Shown here piece after piece: positions 11,720-22,458 of a stretch of 64,000 nucleotides of DNA. A model generated the notes under the pieces. That model was not told where the DNA came from, ran no database searches, and was given only the letters and a program-made list of their open reading frames with translations. The stretch is from positions 1 to 64,000 of the forward strand of contig CAWIBO010000001.1 of NCBI GenBank assembly GCA_963834385.1, read 5' to 3'. The DNA is from an uncultured Verrucomicrobiae bacterium. Lineage in GTDB: Bacteria; Verrucomicrobiota; Verrucomicrobiia; Chthoniobacterales; UBA10450. Both the position numbers and the translations under genes were made by a program. Numbering within the stretch: position 1 is the first letter of the stretch; each line of letters opens with the position of its first letter.

Positions 11720-12979
11720 ATGAGACGCGTTGTCGTCACCGGCCTCGGTTTTATCTCCAGCATCGGCAACAGCCGGGCGGAGGTCCTGGCCAGCCTGCGC
11801 AGCGGCCGGACCGGCATCGAGATCCATCCCGAACTCGATAAACCGGAGTTCCCGGTCAAGCTCGCCGGCACGGTCAAACATTTCTCCTTCCCGCGCGAGC
11901 AGCACGAGAGCTGGGAATTCCCCGCCGGCACGGAAATTCCCCGGCAGCGTCTCCGCTCCATGCCGCCCCACGCCACCTTTGCCTTTGCCGCCATGCGCGA
12001 GGCCATCGCCGATGCCGGGCTCCCGCCCGAGCTGGTCTCGCATCCGCGCACCGGCATCATGTGCGCCTCCGCCGGCTCGGCCCGCCTCCTCTATAAGAAT
12101 GTCCAGCGCATGGTCGAGAAAGGCATCCTGCGCTGCCCGCCTTTTGGTCTCCCCGCCAGCATCACCGGCACCCTGAATTTCAACCTCATCGCCGCCTTCA
12201 AGATCCGCGGCGCCTCCGGCGGTTTCTCCAGCGCCTGCGCCGCCTCCGCTCACGCCTTCGGCGCGGCCATGGACTGCATCCGCCTCAACCGCGAGGACAC
12301 GATGTTTGTTGTCGGCGCGGAGGATTGCGACATGTACAGCATTCTTCCCTTTGCCTCCGTCCGCGCTCTCACCCGCAAGACCGATCCGCGGGAGGCGCCC
12401 TGCGCCTTTGACGTCAAACGCGACGGGTTCGCCGCCACCGGCGGTTCCACCGTGCTGGTGCTCGAGGAACTCGAGCATGCCAAAAACCGCGGCGCCACCA
12501 TCTACGCCGAGGCTCTCGGCTGGGGCCAGTCGTCCGATGGCCACGACGTCATGGCGCCGGAACCCAACGGCGAAGGAATTTCGCGCGCCATCCGGCGGGG
12601 TCTCCACGACGCCGGGCTGAAACCGGCCGACATCGATTACATCAACGCGCACGCCACCGCCACGCAGGCGGGCGACCGGGCCGAGCTGCGCGGCATCAAG
12701 GGCGCCATGGACGGCGCCCGGCCCCGGGTCAGCAGCACCAAAAGCCAGAGCGGACACGGTCTCTCCCTCGCCGGGGCGATGGAAGCCGGGTTTTGCTGTC
12801 TCGGGATCAAGGAAGGATTCACCCCGCACTCGATCAACATCACCGAGCTCGACCCGGAAACCGAGGGCGTGGAGATCGTGATGGAACCGAACGAGATCGC
12901 CCCGCGCACCGTCCTTTCAAACTCGAGCGCCTTCGGCGGCTCAAACGTCGTCCTCGCGTTGCAGCGCTTTGAGCGCTGA
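11720..12979 (+). CDS. beta-ketoacyl-ACP synthase (FabB/FabF family)
   Basis: RRVVVTGLG, SACAAS, YINAHAT, STKSQSGH, NSSAFGG. Confidence 0.9.
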   Translation: MRRVVVTGLGFISSIGNSRAEVLASLRSGRTGIEIHPELDKPEFPVKLAGTVKHFSFPREQHESWEFPAGTEIPRQRLRSMPPHATFAFAAMREAIADAGLPPELVSHPRTGIMCASAGSARLLYKNVQRMVEKGILRCPPFGLPASITGTLNFNLIAAFKIRGASGGFSSACAASAHAFGAAMDCIRLNREDTMFVVGAEDCDMYSILPFASVRALTRKTDPREAPCAFDVKRDGFAATGGSTVLVLEELEHAKNRGATIYAEALGWGQSSDGHDVMAPEPNGEGISRAIRRGLHDAGLKPADIDYINAHATATQAGDRAELRGIKGAMDGARPRVSSTKSQSGHGLSLAGAMEAGFCCLGIKEGFTPHSINITELDPETEGVEIVMEPNEIAPRTVLSNSSAFGGSNVVLALQRFER

Positions 12980-12997
12980 CGGTCGCTTCGCGCCGGC

Positions 12998-14941
12998 CTA
13001 CCGGCTCCCGACGATATCGCGCCCCAGCCAGGCGTGTTTGCCCTCGAGCAGCTCCTGCGTGAGACGGTAGCCCGCCTGGTCGGCATGGTTCCGGGTCCCG
13101 GCAAAATGCTGCTCGATCCGCAACCGGGCCGAGCGGCAGGCATAGTTCGCCAGCGAAAGGATTTCCTCGCGCGGCTCCCCTTTCTCGAGCTTGTGCTGGG
13201 CAAACGAACAGGTCGCGCTGATCGCGAAAATCTCGGTCGCCACCCCGACAAAGCGCGAAAGGAGCAGTTGTTCGCGGTCGAGCTTCGGGCCGAACCGCAT
13301 CATGGCGTGGAACAAACCGCGGGCCAGTCGTTTGCTCGCGCCCGCCCCGTAGGTGAGATGACCGCGCAGGTCGCTCTCCAGGCCTTTCGTTTCCCCCGCG
13401 CTCGCCGGCAGCCATTGCCGCGGATACCAGCGACTGTAAAACGAGCCGGAGCCGAACATTGCCTTGATCCGGGTCGACATTGGCAGCGTCGTGTTGAAGA
13501 TGGCGCCGCCCACTTTCAGGTGCGGATCGAGCGCCTCGCGGGCAATGAAGAGGCGCATGATCTCGCTCGAGCCCTCGAAAATCATGTTGATGCGGCAATC
13601 GCGCAGGAACCGCTCCACCGCGGTCGGTTCGTCCCCGCGCCCGGCCAGCGATTGCGCCGTCTCGTAGCCGCGGCCGCCGCGCACCTGCATCGCTTCGTCG
13701 GCAATGCGCCAGGTCGCTTCCGTCGCCCACATCTTGCACATGGCCGTCTCGATCCGCAGATCGCCCGCCTTCCGGTCCACCATGGCTGAGGTCAGGAAGG
13801 TCATTGCTTCCATCGCGAAAATCTGGCCCGCCATTTCCGCGATCTTCCCCGCGATCGCGGAATGCTGCCCGATCGGTACACCCCATTGCACCCGCTCCTT
13901 GGCCCATTTCCGGCAGATGGCGAGGAGGCGCTTGGAAAGCCCAACGCACGCCGCCGGGATGGTCAGGCGCCCGGTGTTCAAGGTGGTCAAGGCCACCTTC
14001 AAACCCTGGCCTTCCTTCGCGATCATGTTCTCGCGCGGCACCCGCACGTTGGTGAACTTGACCACGCCATTGTAAAGGGCGCGCAGCCCCATGAAATGGC
14101 AGCGGTAGGTGATCTCGAGCCCGGGCGTGTCGACGTCCACGATAAAGGCGGTGATCTGTTTGCGCTCCTTGCCGTTCACCATCTTCGAGGGCGTCCGGGC
14201 CATGACGACAAGGACACCCGCCTTGACCCCGTTGGTGCACCACAGTTTTTCGCCGTTCAGGATAAAGTCCGAGCCATCCTCGCTCGGGTCCGCCCGCAGG
14301 CTCATCGTCGCGGGGTCGGACCCGGCATGCGACTCGGTCAGGGCAAACGCGGAGATCTCCTTCCGCGCTACCCGCGGCAGATATTTTTGCTTTTGTTCCT
14401 CGGTTCCGAAAATCAGCAGCGGTTGCGGGACACCGATTGATTGGTGCGCGGAAACCAGCGCGGTCAGGTTCGCGTCCCAGCTCCCGAGCAGCTCGGCCGC
14501 GCGCCCGTAGTTCACCTGCGAAAGACCCAGCCCGCCGTACTGTTTCGGGATCTTGACCCCGAAAGCGCCCATCGCAAAAAGATCGTCAATGTTCTGCTGT
14601 GGGATCTCGCCGCTCCGGTCGATCTCATCGGCGTCCACCTTCTCCCGCAGGTATTGCTCCAGGTTCGCGAGGAAATTCTCGCCGGCCGCCTTGTCCTCCG
14701 GGCTTTGCTCGGGCCACGGATGAATCCGCTCGAAATCATAACGACCCACGAAAAGGTTGCTGGCAAAACTGCCGCGGTCATCCAGCGGGTCGCGCGAGGC
14801 CTCGGCCAGTTCCAGGGCCTGGCGTTTGCCCTCCGACATCTTCGAGGTGTCGATCACGGAGGCCGGCGCGGCGCTTTCCGCCGGTTTCGCGCTGGTCTCG
14901 GCTTTGACCTGCTCCGGGGGTGCTTCGAGAGGTGATTTCAT
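12998..14941 (-). CDS. acyl-CoA dehydrogenase (VLCAD-like)
   Basis: AFALTE..AGSD, LNGEKLWCTNG, QVRGGRGY, IFEGSSEI. Confidence 0.92.
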   Translation of the reverse strand: MKSPLEAPPEQVKAETSAKPAESAAPASVIDTSKMSEGKRQALELAEASRDPLDDRGSFASNLFVGRYDFERIHPWPEQSPEDKAAGENFLANLEQYLREKVDADEIDRSGEIPQQNIDDLFAMGAFGVKIPKQYGGLGLSQVNYGRAAELLGSWDANLTALVSAHQSIGVPQPLLIFGTEEQKQKYLPRVARKEISAFALTESHAGSDPATMSLRADPSEDGSDFILNGEKLWCTNGVKAGVLVVMARTPSKMVNGKERKQITAFIVDVDTPGLEITYRCHFMGLRALYNGVVKFTNVRVPRENMIAKEGQGLKVALTTLNTGRLTIPAACVGLSKRLLAICRKWAKERVQWGVPIGQHSAIAGKIAEMAGQIFAMEAMTFLTSAMVDRKAGDLRIETAMCKMWATEATWRIADEAMQVRGGRGYETAQSLAGRGDEPTAVERFLRDCRINMIFEGSSEIMRLFIAREALDPHLKVGGAIFNTTLPMSTRIKAMFGSGSFYSRWYPRQWLPASAGETKGLESDLRGHLTYGAGASKRLARGLFHAMMRFGPKLDREQLLLSRFVGVATEIFAISATCSFAQHKLEKGEPREEILSLANYACRSARLRIEQHFAGTRNHADQAGYRLTQELLEGKHAWLGRDIVGSR

Positions 14942-14999
14942 AGGTTAACTTCCAAATTGCACGCAGGGCCACGCCAGCCGGAGGCTGGCGTCACCCTGC

Positions 15000-17049
15000 T
15001 CATTCGTAAAATTTCGAGCCTGCCTTTGCCCGCTTTCGCAGCAGCTCGCACGGCTCAAACTTGCCGCCAAAACGTTCGCCCGCTTCGACCATGCGCGCGA
15101 CCCCAAAATGATCGGCGAAACGCAGCGGCCCGCCCCGGTGCGGCGCAAATCCCGTCCCCAGGATCATCCCGTAATCGGCGTCCGCCGGCGTGGCCACGAC
15201 CTCTTCCTCGAGGCAGCGCGCCGCCTCGTTCACCATCAGGTAGACCAGGCGAAGCGCGATATCATCCGCCGCCATGCTCATCTTGTCCTTGTTCTCCCGC
15301 CACTGGTCGAGCGCCTCGTTCGGCGTCTGCGTTTTCCCCTCATACTTATAGAAGCCGGCGCCGCTTTTGCGCCCGAGCAGCTTCGCCTCCTCCATCTTCT
15401 CCAGGATCGCCGGGGGTCGGTTCCGCTCGCCGAACGCCTTTTCCAGGGTCCGGGCAATGTCCACCGTGATATCCACCCCGATCTCGTCGATCAACCGCAG
15501 CGGTCCCATCGGCATCCCCCATTGCACCAGCGCCTCATCCACCGCCCGCCCGTCGATCCCGTCCTGGAAGAGCGCCGCCGCATCCAGCAGAGTAGGGAAA
15601 AAGCACCCGGTTGACCAGGAACCCCGGGCTGTCCTGCACCAGCACCGGCAGTTTGCCCACCTGCCGGGCAAAGGCCAGCGCCCGCGCCGTGGTTTCCGCG
15701 GAGGTTTCCCGGCCGACCACCACCTCGACCAGCTTCATCCGGCTGACCGGGTTGAAAAAATGCAGGCCAATCACGCGCCCGGGCGATTTCGTGGTCGCGG
15801 CCAGCTCGCTGATCGGCAGGGCGGAAGTGTTCGTGGCCAGGAGAGCGTTCTCGCCCACCGTGCCGGAGAGATCGGCGAAGATCTTCTTTTTGATCTCCAG
15901 TTTCTCGGAAGCGGCCTCGATCACCACCTCGACATCCCGCAGGGTCTCGACCACCGCGGAAGCCACGATCCGGGCCCGGCCTTCCCGCGCTTTCTCCTCG
16001 GACATGATCCCCCGCTTCACCGCCTCGCCGTAGGTCTTCTCGATCCCGGCCAGCCCGCGGTCGAGCTGCTCTTTCCCGACATCGCGCAGGATCACGGAGA
16101 CTCCGCGCGCGCTCAGCCATTGCGCGATCCCGGAACCCATCACCCCGGCGCCGATGACGGCGGCATGTTTCACCTTGGCGGCCGGCCCTTTCTCCGTCCC
16201 CTTGCGATACTTGTCGGCGAGGAAAAAATTTCGGATCAGGTTCTGGGTCGCCTCGGTTTCGCCCAGCTCGACGATGGCGTCCAGCTCCATGGCCAGCGCT
16301 GCTTCCACCGATTTTCCCATCCCCTCGGTGATGATGCGGTGGGCGCGCCGGGGCGCCTCGTTCCCGCCCGCGCGCGGTTCCCGCAATCCTTCGGGTGCGG
16401 CCGCGGCCGCTTCCTTTTGCGCCGAGCGTTTGCCCTGCGCCAGCCGTGCCCGGGCGGCTTCCAGCAGTTGCTCCGGGGAAACCACTTCGTCCACCAGGCC
16501 GAGTTCCTTCGCTTCCTGCGCGGGATAAAGTTTGCCCTTCAAGATCACTTCGCCGGCCTTTTCCACCCCAATCAACCGCGGCAGACGCGTCGCGCCGCCC
16601 CAGGCCGGGACCAGCCCCAGCGTTGTTTCCGGCAGCCCGATCCGCGTCGCCGGCGCGTCCGACGCCACCCGCCAGTCGCACGCCAGCGTGACCTCGTAGC
16701 CGCCCCCGGCACAGGCGCCGTGAATCGCCGCCACCGTCGGAATCTTGAGCGCCGCCAGCCGGTTGAAGATGCGCTGTCCCTCGGCAATGAAGGCGCGCAG
16801 CTCGCCCGTCTGCGCCTGCCGCAGCAGGGTCTGGAGATCGGCCCCGGCGACAAAAATCGATTTCTTGGCCGATTCCAGCACCAGCCCTTTCAGGTCGCCG
16901 GCCTCTTTCTCGATCTCGTCCAGGTGCGCGGAAAGGTCCCGCAGCGCCGCTGCATCGAAGATGTTTGCGCCGGAGTTCGGCCGGTCAAAAATCAGGCGGC
17001 AGACGCCTCCCTCTACTTCACGGCGAATCATCGGCTCGGTTGCGGTCAT
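15000..17049 (-). CDS. multifunctional enoyl-CoA hydratase / 3-hydroxyacyl-CoA dehydrogenase (FadJ/FadB-like); +1 frameshift ~15591
   Basis: GGGYE...GLPETTLG, GAGVMGSGIA, ATNTS, GLHFFNP, then GMPMGPLRLIDEIG in the next frame. Confidence 0.9.
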
Positions 17050-17211
17050 GTCTTCACTTTGGCCAGATTCAGGGCAAATCCAACCACCCAGAATTCGCGC
17101 GCGGACCGGGCCCCGGTCGCCGCCCCGTGCCGCCCGTCAGCGGTGGATTGCACCCCTTCCCCCGCGGTGGTAGAAAGGCGCGGGCGGCGCGGCGCTGCTC
17201 GCTCCCCGCGT

Positions 17212-18609
17212 ATGCTCGGCAAAATCCTCCAACCCGAGATCGAGAGTCTGATCGAGGCGCGCGATTTTTCCGCTCTGCGCGAAGTTTTCGCCGAGTGGGA
17301 ACCGGCCGACATCGCCGAGCTGATCGTCGACATGCCGGAGACCGACCAGGTGGTCATCTTCCGCATCCTGCCCACCGCCCTCGCCGCCGACGTCTTTGAA
17401 TATCTCGAGGTGGAAGCGCAGCAAAGCCTTCTTCGCGCCATGGGCAAGGAACAGGCCGTCGGCATCCTCAACGAAATGTCGCCGGACGATCGCACCGCCC
17501 TGCTCGAGGAATTGCCCAGCGCCGCCGTCAGCCGGCTGGTCCGGCTTCTCACGCCGGAGGAACGCCAGATCGCGCAGGCACTCCTTAATTATCCCGAGGG
17601 CAGCGTCGGCCGCCTCATGACGCCCGATTTCATCGCCGTGCGCGAGCATTGGACCGTGCGGGAAGGCCTCGATTTCGTGCGCGAGAACGGGCAGGACAGC
17701 GAGACGCTCAACTTCCTTTATGTGGTGGACGAGCGCGGCAAGTTGATCGACGACCTGCGCATCCGGGAGTTTCTCCTGCGCCCGCTCGAGACGCACGTGA
17801 GCGAATTGATGAATCGGCAGTTCGAGGCGCTGCACGTCACGCAGTCACAGGAGGAAGCGCTGACCGCCTTTCGCAAATACGATCGGGCTGCTCTCCCGGT
17901 GATCGATTCGGCCGGCGTCGTGGTCGGCATCGTCACCGCCGACGACATGCTCGATGTCGCGGAAGAGGAAGCGACCGAGGACATCCACAAGTTCGGCGGC
18001 ATGGAAGCCCTCGAGGAGCCTTACATCCGCATGCCGATTTGGCGTTTGGTTTCGAAGCGCGCGCCGTGGCTCATCATCCTGCTTATCGGCGAAATGCTCA
18101 CCGCCACCGCCATGGCCCATTACGAGGACGCCATCGCCAAGGTCGTGCTCCTCGCCGTTTTCCTGCCCCTGATCATTTCCAGCGGCGGCAACTCCGGTTC
18201 GCAGGCGTCCACCCTCATCATTCGCGCCATGGCCCTGGGGGAAGTGACCCTGCGCGACTGGTGGCGCGTGATGCATCGCGAGATCCGGGCCGGGCTCGCT
18301 CTCGGCCTCATCCTCGGCGTCGTCGGTTATCTCCGCATCGGGCTCTGGGCGGTCATCGGCGAGAAATACCTGGGCCGCGAAATCTACGGGCCGCACTGGC
18401 CGCTCGTCGCGCTCACCGTAGGCGGCGCACTCGCCGGCGTTGTTGTCTGGGGCTCGATCTCCGGCTCCATGCTCCCGTTCCTGCTCCGTCGTCTCGGGGC
18501 CGATCCCGCCGCCTCCTCCGCCCCCTTCGTCGCCACGCTGGTCGACGTCACCGGCGTGATCATCTATTTCAGCCTCGCCCTCGCCATCATGCGCGGCACC
18601 CTTCTCTAG
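17212..18609 (+). CDS. mgtE: magnesium transporter MgtE
   Basis: MgtE_N, CBS pair, SGGNSGSQ, SAPFVATLVDVTG; ATG at 17212. Confidence 0.95.
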   Translation: MLGKILQPEIESLIEARDFSALREVFAEWEPADIAELIVDMPETDQVVIFRILPTALAADVFEYLEVEAQQSLLRAMGKEQAVGILNEMSPDDRTALLEELPSAAVSRLVRLLTPEERQIAQALLNYPEGSVGRLMTPDFIAVREHWTVREGLDFVRENGQDSETLNFLYVVDERGKLIDDLRIREFLLRPLETHVSELMNRQFEALHVTQSQEEALTAFRKYDRAALPVIDSAGVVVGIVTADDMLDVAEEEATEDIHKFGGMEALEEPYIRMPIWRLVSKRAPWLIILLIGEMLTATAMAHYEDAIAKVVLLAVFLPLIISSGGNSGSQASTLIIRAMALGEVTLRDWWRVMHREIRAGLALGLILGVVGYLRIGLWAVIGEKYLGREIYGPHWPLVALTVGGALAGVVVWGSISGSMLPFLLRRLGADPAASSAPFVATLVDVTGVIIYFSLALAIMRGTLL

Positions 18610-18638
18610 ACCGGTTTTTCAGGCCGGCAGCGCTTTCC

Positions 18639-18800
18639 GTCATCCCGAGCGCAGCGAGGGACCCCGCGAAGAATGTGCGGCGTCGAACCGCAGAAAAGCC
18701 CGGGAGCATTGCGAACTCTCGACTTTGCGCCCTGCGACTACAGAAGCCGCGCTGTCCTTTCTTCGCGAGGTCCCTCGCCGTCTGCGCGGCTCGGGATGAC
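18639..18800. repeat. REP-like inverted-arm element, second copy
   Basis: GTCATCCCGAGC...GCTCGGGATGAC between convergent genes. Confidence 0.8.
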
Positions 18801-18939
18801 ACGGTGTTCGGGCTGCCTTCGCTGGGCGGCGATAGGTGCGCCTTTCCGTTTTTACGGAAGAGGAATCAGACTGCGGTCCCTGTCTGTGTTTAATCAGTGT
18901 TTATCTGTGGCAAACACTGCGCCTGGAAAGGCGCGCGCT

Positions 18940-19983
18940 TTACGGCGCGATCTCGATCCACTGATTGCGCCGGCGCGAATCGGCCACGGCTTGCACCACG
19001 CGCATATAACGCACGCCTTCCTCGAAATCGGGGTGCGGCCGGACCCGGCCCCGCGAACGCACCGCCGCCAGGAAATCGTCTTCCACCCGCCAGCCGCCCT
19101 CGAGATCGGGCGGCAGCTTGAGCGGTTCCGGCGTGCGGTCGCCCGGCCGGCCCAGCTGCACCTGGTCGGTCGCAAAATCATAAAAGAGCGTGCCCCCGCT
19201 CCCATACGCCTCCAGCCGGTCGGACCCGGCGACGGCGTTGACCCCGCTGAACTCGAGCACGCCTTCGGCGCCGTTCTCGAATGTGCAAAGCACCGTGAGC
19301 AGATCGGGAATCTCCACCTCGTATCCCTGCCGCACCGGGTGCACAATTTTCCCCCGGGCATACACCCCGGTGATGTTGCCGAACCAGCGCTGCAAAACCT
19401 CGACGTAAATCCCGAGCGTGAGCACGTTCAGGCCGCTGATCTCGGACCGTTGCCGCCAGTGCGCGGGCGCGTCGGGATCGAGAAACGCGCCGTTAAAACT
19501 CTGCAACCGCACATGGTGCGGCGTGCCGATCGCCTCGTCGGCGAGCAGCTTTTTCACGAGAAGATCCGCCCGCAACCCGTAGGGAGGCGGACAGAGCATC
19601 GTCACCAGCTCCGGGTTCTTTTTCGCCGCGGCCAGCATTTCCTCGGCCTCGGCCAGGTCCATGGCCATGCGCGCCTGGCAAAAGACATGTTTGCCGGCTT
19701 CCAGCGCCGAAACCGTGATGGCGGAATGCATGTAGGGCGGGGTGCCCACCCAGACGATGTCGAGGTCGTCCAGCGCCAGCAGATCGGCCCAATTCTGCAT
19801 CGGGGTGGCCTGCGGCAGATGCTCGGAGCAGAATTTTTCCGCGCTTTCATAGGAGGAATTGCTGACCGCGATGATTTCCACGTCGTCATGCCGCTGCAAC
19901 CCGGGCAAATGCCGTCGGCGGACGATCTCCCCCGCGCCGACGATGCCTAGGCGAAGTTTGGAGGATTGGGTGGAGCGGCTCAT
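18940..19983 (-). CDS. Gfo/Idh/MocA family oxidoreductase
   Basis: LGIVGAG, ALEAGKHVFC motifs. Confidence 0.88.
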   Translation of the reverse strand: MSRSTQSSKLRLGIVGAGEIVRRRHLPGLQRHDDVEIIAVSNSSYESAEKFCSEHLPQATPMQNWADLLALDDLDIVWVGTPPYMHSAITVSALEAGKHVFCQARMAMDLAEAEEMLAAAKKNPELVTMLCPPPYGLRADLLVKKLLADEAIGTPHHVRLQSFNGAFLDPDAPAHWRQRSEISGLNVLTLGIYVEVLQRWFGNITGVYARGKIVHPVRQGYEVEIPDLLTVLCTFENGAEGVLEFSGVNAVAGSDRLEAYGSGGTLFYDFATDQVQLGRPGDRTPEPLKLPPDLEGGWRVEDDFLAAVRSRGRVRPHPDFEEGVRYMRVVQAVADSRRRNQWIEIAP

Positions 19984-20122
19984 GGTGGGATCAGGTGGCG
20001 CGGCAAGCGCCGGAATGCCATTTGACCACGCCTGCGGGGCAATGTTCAACCTCGAAGGGAAGAATCACTTGACCCGCCCCCGGTTCGAGACCAGTTTACG
20101 CGCCACTTTTCCCCAGCGTTTT

Positions 20123-20389
20123 ATGTCAAAAGTTTGCAGCATCACAGGATCGAAGGTTTCCCGCGGCAGCGTCATTCACCGTCGCGGCATGGCCAAGAAA
20201 AAAGGCGGTGTCGGCCGGCACGTAACCAAGAACGTGCCGCGCGAGTTCATCCCCAACCTGCATCAGCACCGCGTCTGGGTGCCCGAGCTGAAGAAATTCG
20301 TCCGGGTAAAGATCAGTGCGCGCGGTCTGAAGACGATCAACAAGAACGGCGCCTACGCCACCTTGAAAAAGGCCGGGCTGCTCAGCTAG
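20123..20389 (+). CDS. rpmB: 50S ribosomal protein L28
   Basis: MSKVCSITG...RRGMAKKKGGVGRHVTK...FIPNL...ISARGLKTINKNG. Confidence 0.97.
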   Translation: MSKVCSITGSKVSRGSVIHRRGMAKKKGGVGRHVTKNVPREFIPNLHQHRVWVPELKKFVRVKISARGLKTINKNGAYATLKKAGLLS

Positions 20390-21947
20390 CCGGCTCGTCC
20401 GTTTCCTTCGTCCCGGCGGCCGGATCTTCCGGTGAAGCCTCTTCCGCCTGCGCCGGGCTTTCTTCGCCGGCAGGAGCGGCCGGCGTCTCTTCCGCCACGG
20501 CGGGCATTGCCTCCGCCTCGACCGGCTTTTCCGCTTCCTCGGCAGCCACCGGCGCGGCCGTTTCCCCGGCTGCCGCCGGCTTGGCGGCCGCAGGCGGCTT
20601 GATCTTGGGCAAATCCAGCGTGCCGTCGTTGAACTCGATCACGTAACCTTCCCCCACCAGCCAGCGCAGGTCGGAAGCCAGGTTGAGCTTGGCCTTCTCG
20701 CGCTCGCCTTCGGCCGTCGCCGCCAGGAGTTTGTCGGCAATCTCCTTGCGGCTCGTCCCCCCGGTGGAAGCGGCGATCGCCTCGAAAATCGTGGCCACGC
20801 CCGCGGAAACCGAGCCGGCCTCGTGCCGGAACGGGCGATGCCGGACCGGGGTGACGAAGAGCATGCCGCGCCGGTGCCGGAAAATGTTCAGGCCGGCTTC
20901 GCGGAGCGCGCCGACCAGTTCCGCCATCATCTTCGAGGGAGAACGCACCTCGGCCGACCAGGCGTTCTCGATTTGGCGGGAGAGCGCGCGATCGGCCAGA
21001 CGCCGGCTGGTGACGCCGTCCACGGTCGCCTCGACCGTGCTGCGGATGAGGTCGGGCAGATATTTTTCCCGGAAATGTCGCTCGGCCTCGGCCAGCGACT
21101 TGAAAGAAATTTCCGGGTCCTCTTTCAGGGTCGTGTAGGTGGTGACGGTGCGGGCCTGTTCCTTCCATTCCTCGACCACGGCAGGGTCGCCCACGATCTC
21201 GATCCCCCGCTGGAACTCGGGGAACGACATGCGGCGGCTGTAGCGCTGCTCATAAAGCGCGCGCAACTGGGTCTGGTAGGCGTGATGATTCGTCGGGCCG
21301 AGCAGGGTGCCGGAAGCGCGATCGCGCGCCACGTTCGAGAAGTTGCCCTTGATCGGCTCGGTCTGGGTGGTCTCCGCCTTGTAATATTCGTCGCGGGCGG
21401 AAAGAAAGGCCGCGCCCTCGAGGATTTTGCGGTCCACCGCGACCGCGCCGGTCTCGCCGAGCTGGGAAAGGGGCAATTCCTCCGTGGCGGTGAGGAGGAC
21501 GTTGTAGCGCTCCGGTTTATCGAGAAAAAGCCGGGCCAGGGCAAAGACCGAGTAGGCCACCGCGCCTCCCTTGATCTGGGCGATGACGTTATCGAGCGGC
21601 GGACGATGGGGCAGGAAACGGACCTGGACGTGCGTCGGCAGGACCATCGGGGCGCGTTCGGGCCGGGCGCGTTCCGGGCGGCGATCGCTCCGGCCGCGGG
21701 CGCCCTTGTCGCGCGGGTCGCGGCGTTCCCGGCCGCCGGGGCCACCCCGGTCCGGTTTGCGTCCGCGCGGCGCGGGCCGGCGCCCTTCGCGCGATCCCCC
21801 CCGGTCGCGGCGGTCGCGGAAATCGTCGCCGCGGCGCGGGTCCTCGCCTTCGTATTGCGAATAATCGGGACCGCCGGCTGGTTCCTTGACCCACGCCGGC
21901 AGGAGCTGGAGGTCAAGAAGGTCCGCGGGCTTTTCCGGCTCTGGCAT
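20382..21947 (-). CDS. hypothetical protein with Arg/Gly/Asp-rich N-terminus
   Basis: 521-aa ORF with host-like codon usage; no motif recognised. Confidence 0.75.
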   Translation of the reverse strand: MPEPEKPADLLDLQLLPAWVKEPAGGPDYSQYEGEDPRRGDDFRDRRDRGGSREGRRPAPRGRKPDRGGPGGRERRDPRDKGARGRSDRRPERARPERAPMVLPTHVQVRFLPHRPPLDNVIAQIKGGAVAYSVFALARLFLDKPERYNVLLTATEELPLSQLGETGAVAVDRKILEGAAFLSARDEYYKAETTQTEPIKGNFSNVARDRASGTLLGPTNHHAYQTQLRALYEQRYSRRMSFPEFQRGIEIVGDPAVVEEWKEQARTVTTYTTLKEDPEISFKSLAEAERHFREKYLPDLIRSTVEATVDGVTSRRLADRALSRQIENAWSAEVRSPSKMMAELVGALREAGLNIFRHRRGMLFVTPVRHRPFRHEAGSVSAGVATIFEAIAASTGGTSRKEIADKLLAATAEGEREKAKLNLASDLRWLVGEGYVIEFNDGTLDLPKIKPPAAAKPAAAGETAAPVAAEEAEKPVEAEAMPAVAEETPAAPAGEESPAQAEEASPEDPAAGTKETDEPAS

Positions 21948-22113
21948 GCGTCTCCTTAGCGCAAGGCCGCACGATGTAAACCGGCTAAGCGCGACGGGAT
22001 GGGAGATCGCGCCTGAAATCCGTTGACAACCTTCTCATATCATTTACTTGCCACGTGGGCAGGCGCCGTCTTTAGTGCTGGCCGCATTTGCGAACCGAAA
22101 ACGAGGAAATTCT

Positions 22114-22365
22114 ATGAGCGAAAAATCAATTGAAGAGAAGGTTAAGGATATCATTGTCGAGCAGCTCGGGGTCAACCCGGAGCAGGTGACACCCCAGGCC
22201 TCCTTCATCGAAGATCTCGGTGCGGATTCGCTCGATATCGTGGAGCTGGTCATGGCCTTCGAGGAGGAGTTCTCCGTGGAAGTGCCGGATGAGGACGCCG
22301 AGAAGCTCCAGACCGTGGGCGACGTGAACAAGTATATCGAGGAACGCGCGGCCAAGGGCCAGTAG
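22114..22365 (+). CDS. acpP: acyl carrier protein
   Basis: [20 protein letters not shown]. Confidence 0.97.
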   Translation: MSEKSIEEKVKDIIVEQLGVNPEQVTPQASFIEDLGADSLDIVELVMAFEEEFSVEVPDEDAEKLQTVGDVNKYIEERAAKGQ

Positions 22366-22404
22366 GGTTTCGAACAACAAATTTGTCGCCCCTGAGGCGG
22401 CGCG

Positions 22405-22432
22405 AAAAACACGGCTGCGGCCGTGTTTTTTT
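22405..22432 (+). terminator. intrinsic terminator after acpP
   Basis: AAAAACACGGC-TGCG-GCCGTGTTTTTTT. Confidence 0.8.
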
Positions 22433-22458
22433 GTTGTGAACGTGCCAAGGTAACGCCG

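Noticed and set aside
11720..12979. Type II PKS cluster
   Set aside because: Single ketosynthase with no chain-length factor or tailoring genes; the ACP at 22114 is canonical AcpP
15367..17211. N-terminal extension making MgtE 1080 aa
   Set aside because: It is the antisense shadow of the FadJ-like gene; MgtE homology starts at ATG 17212
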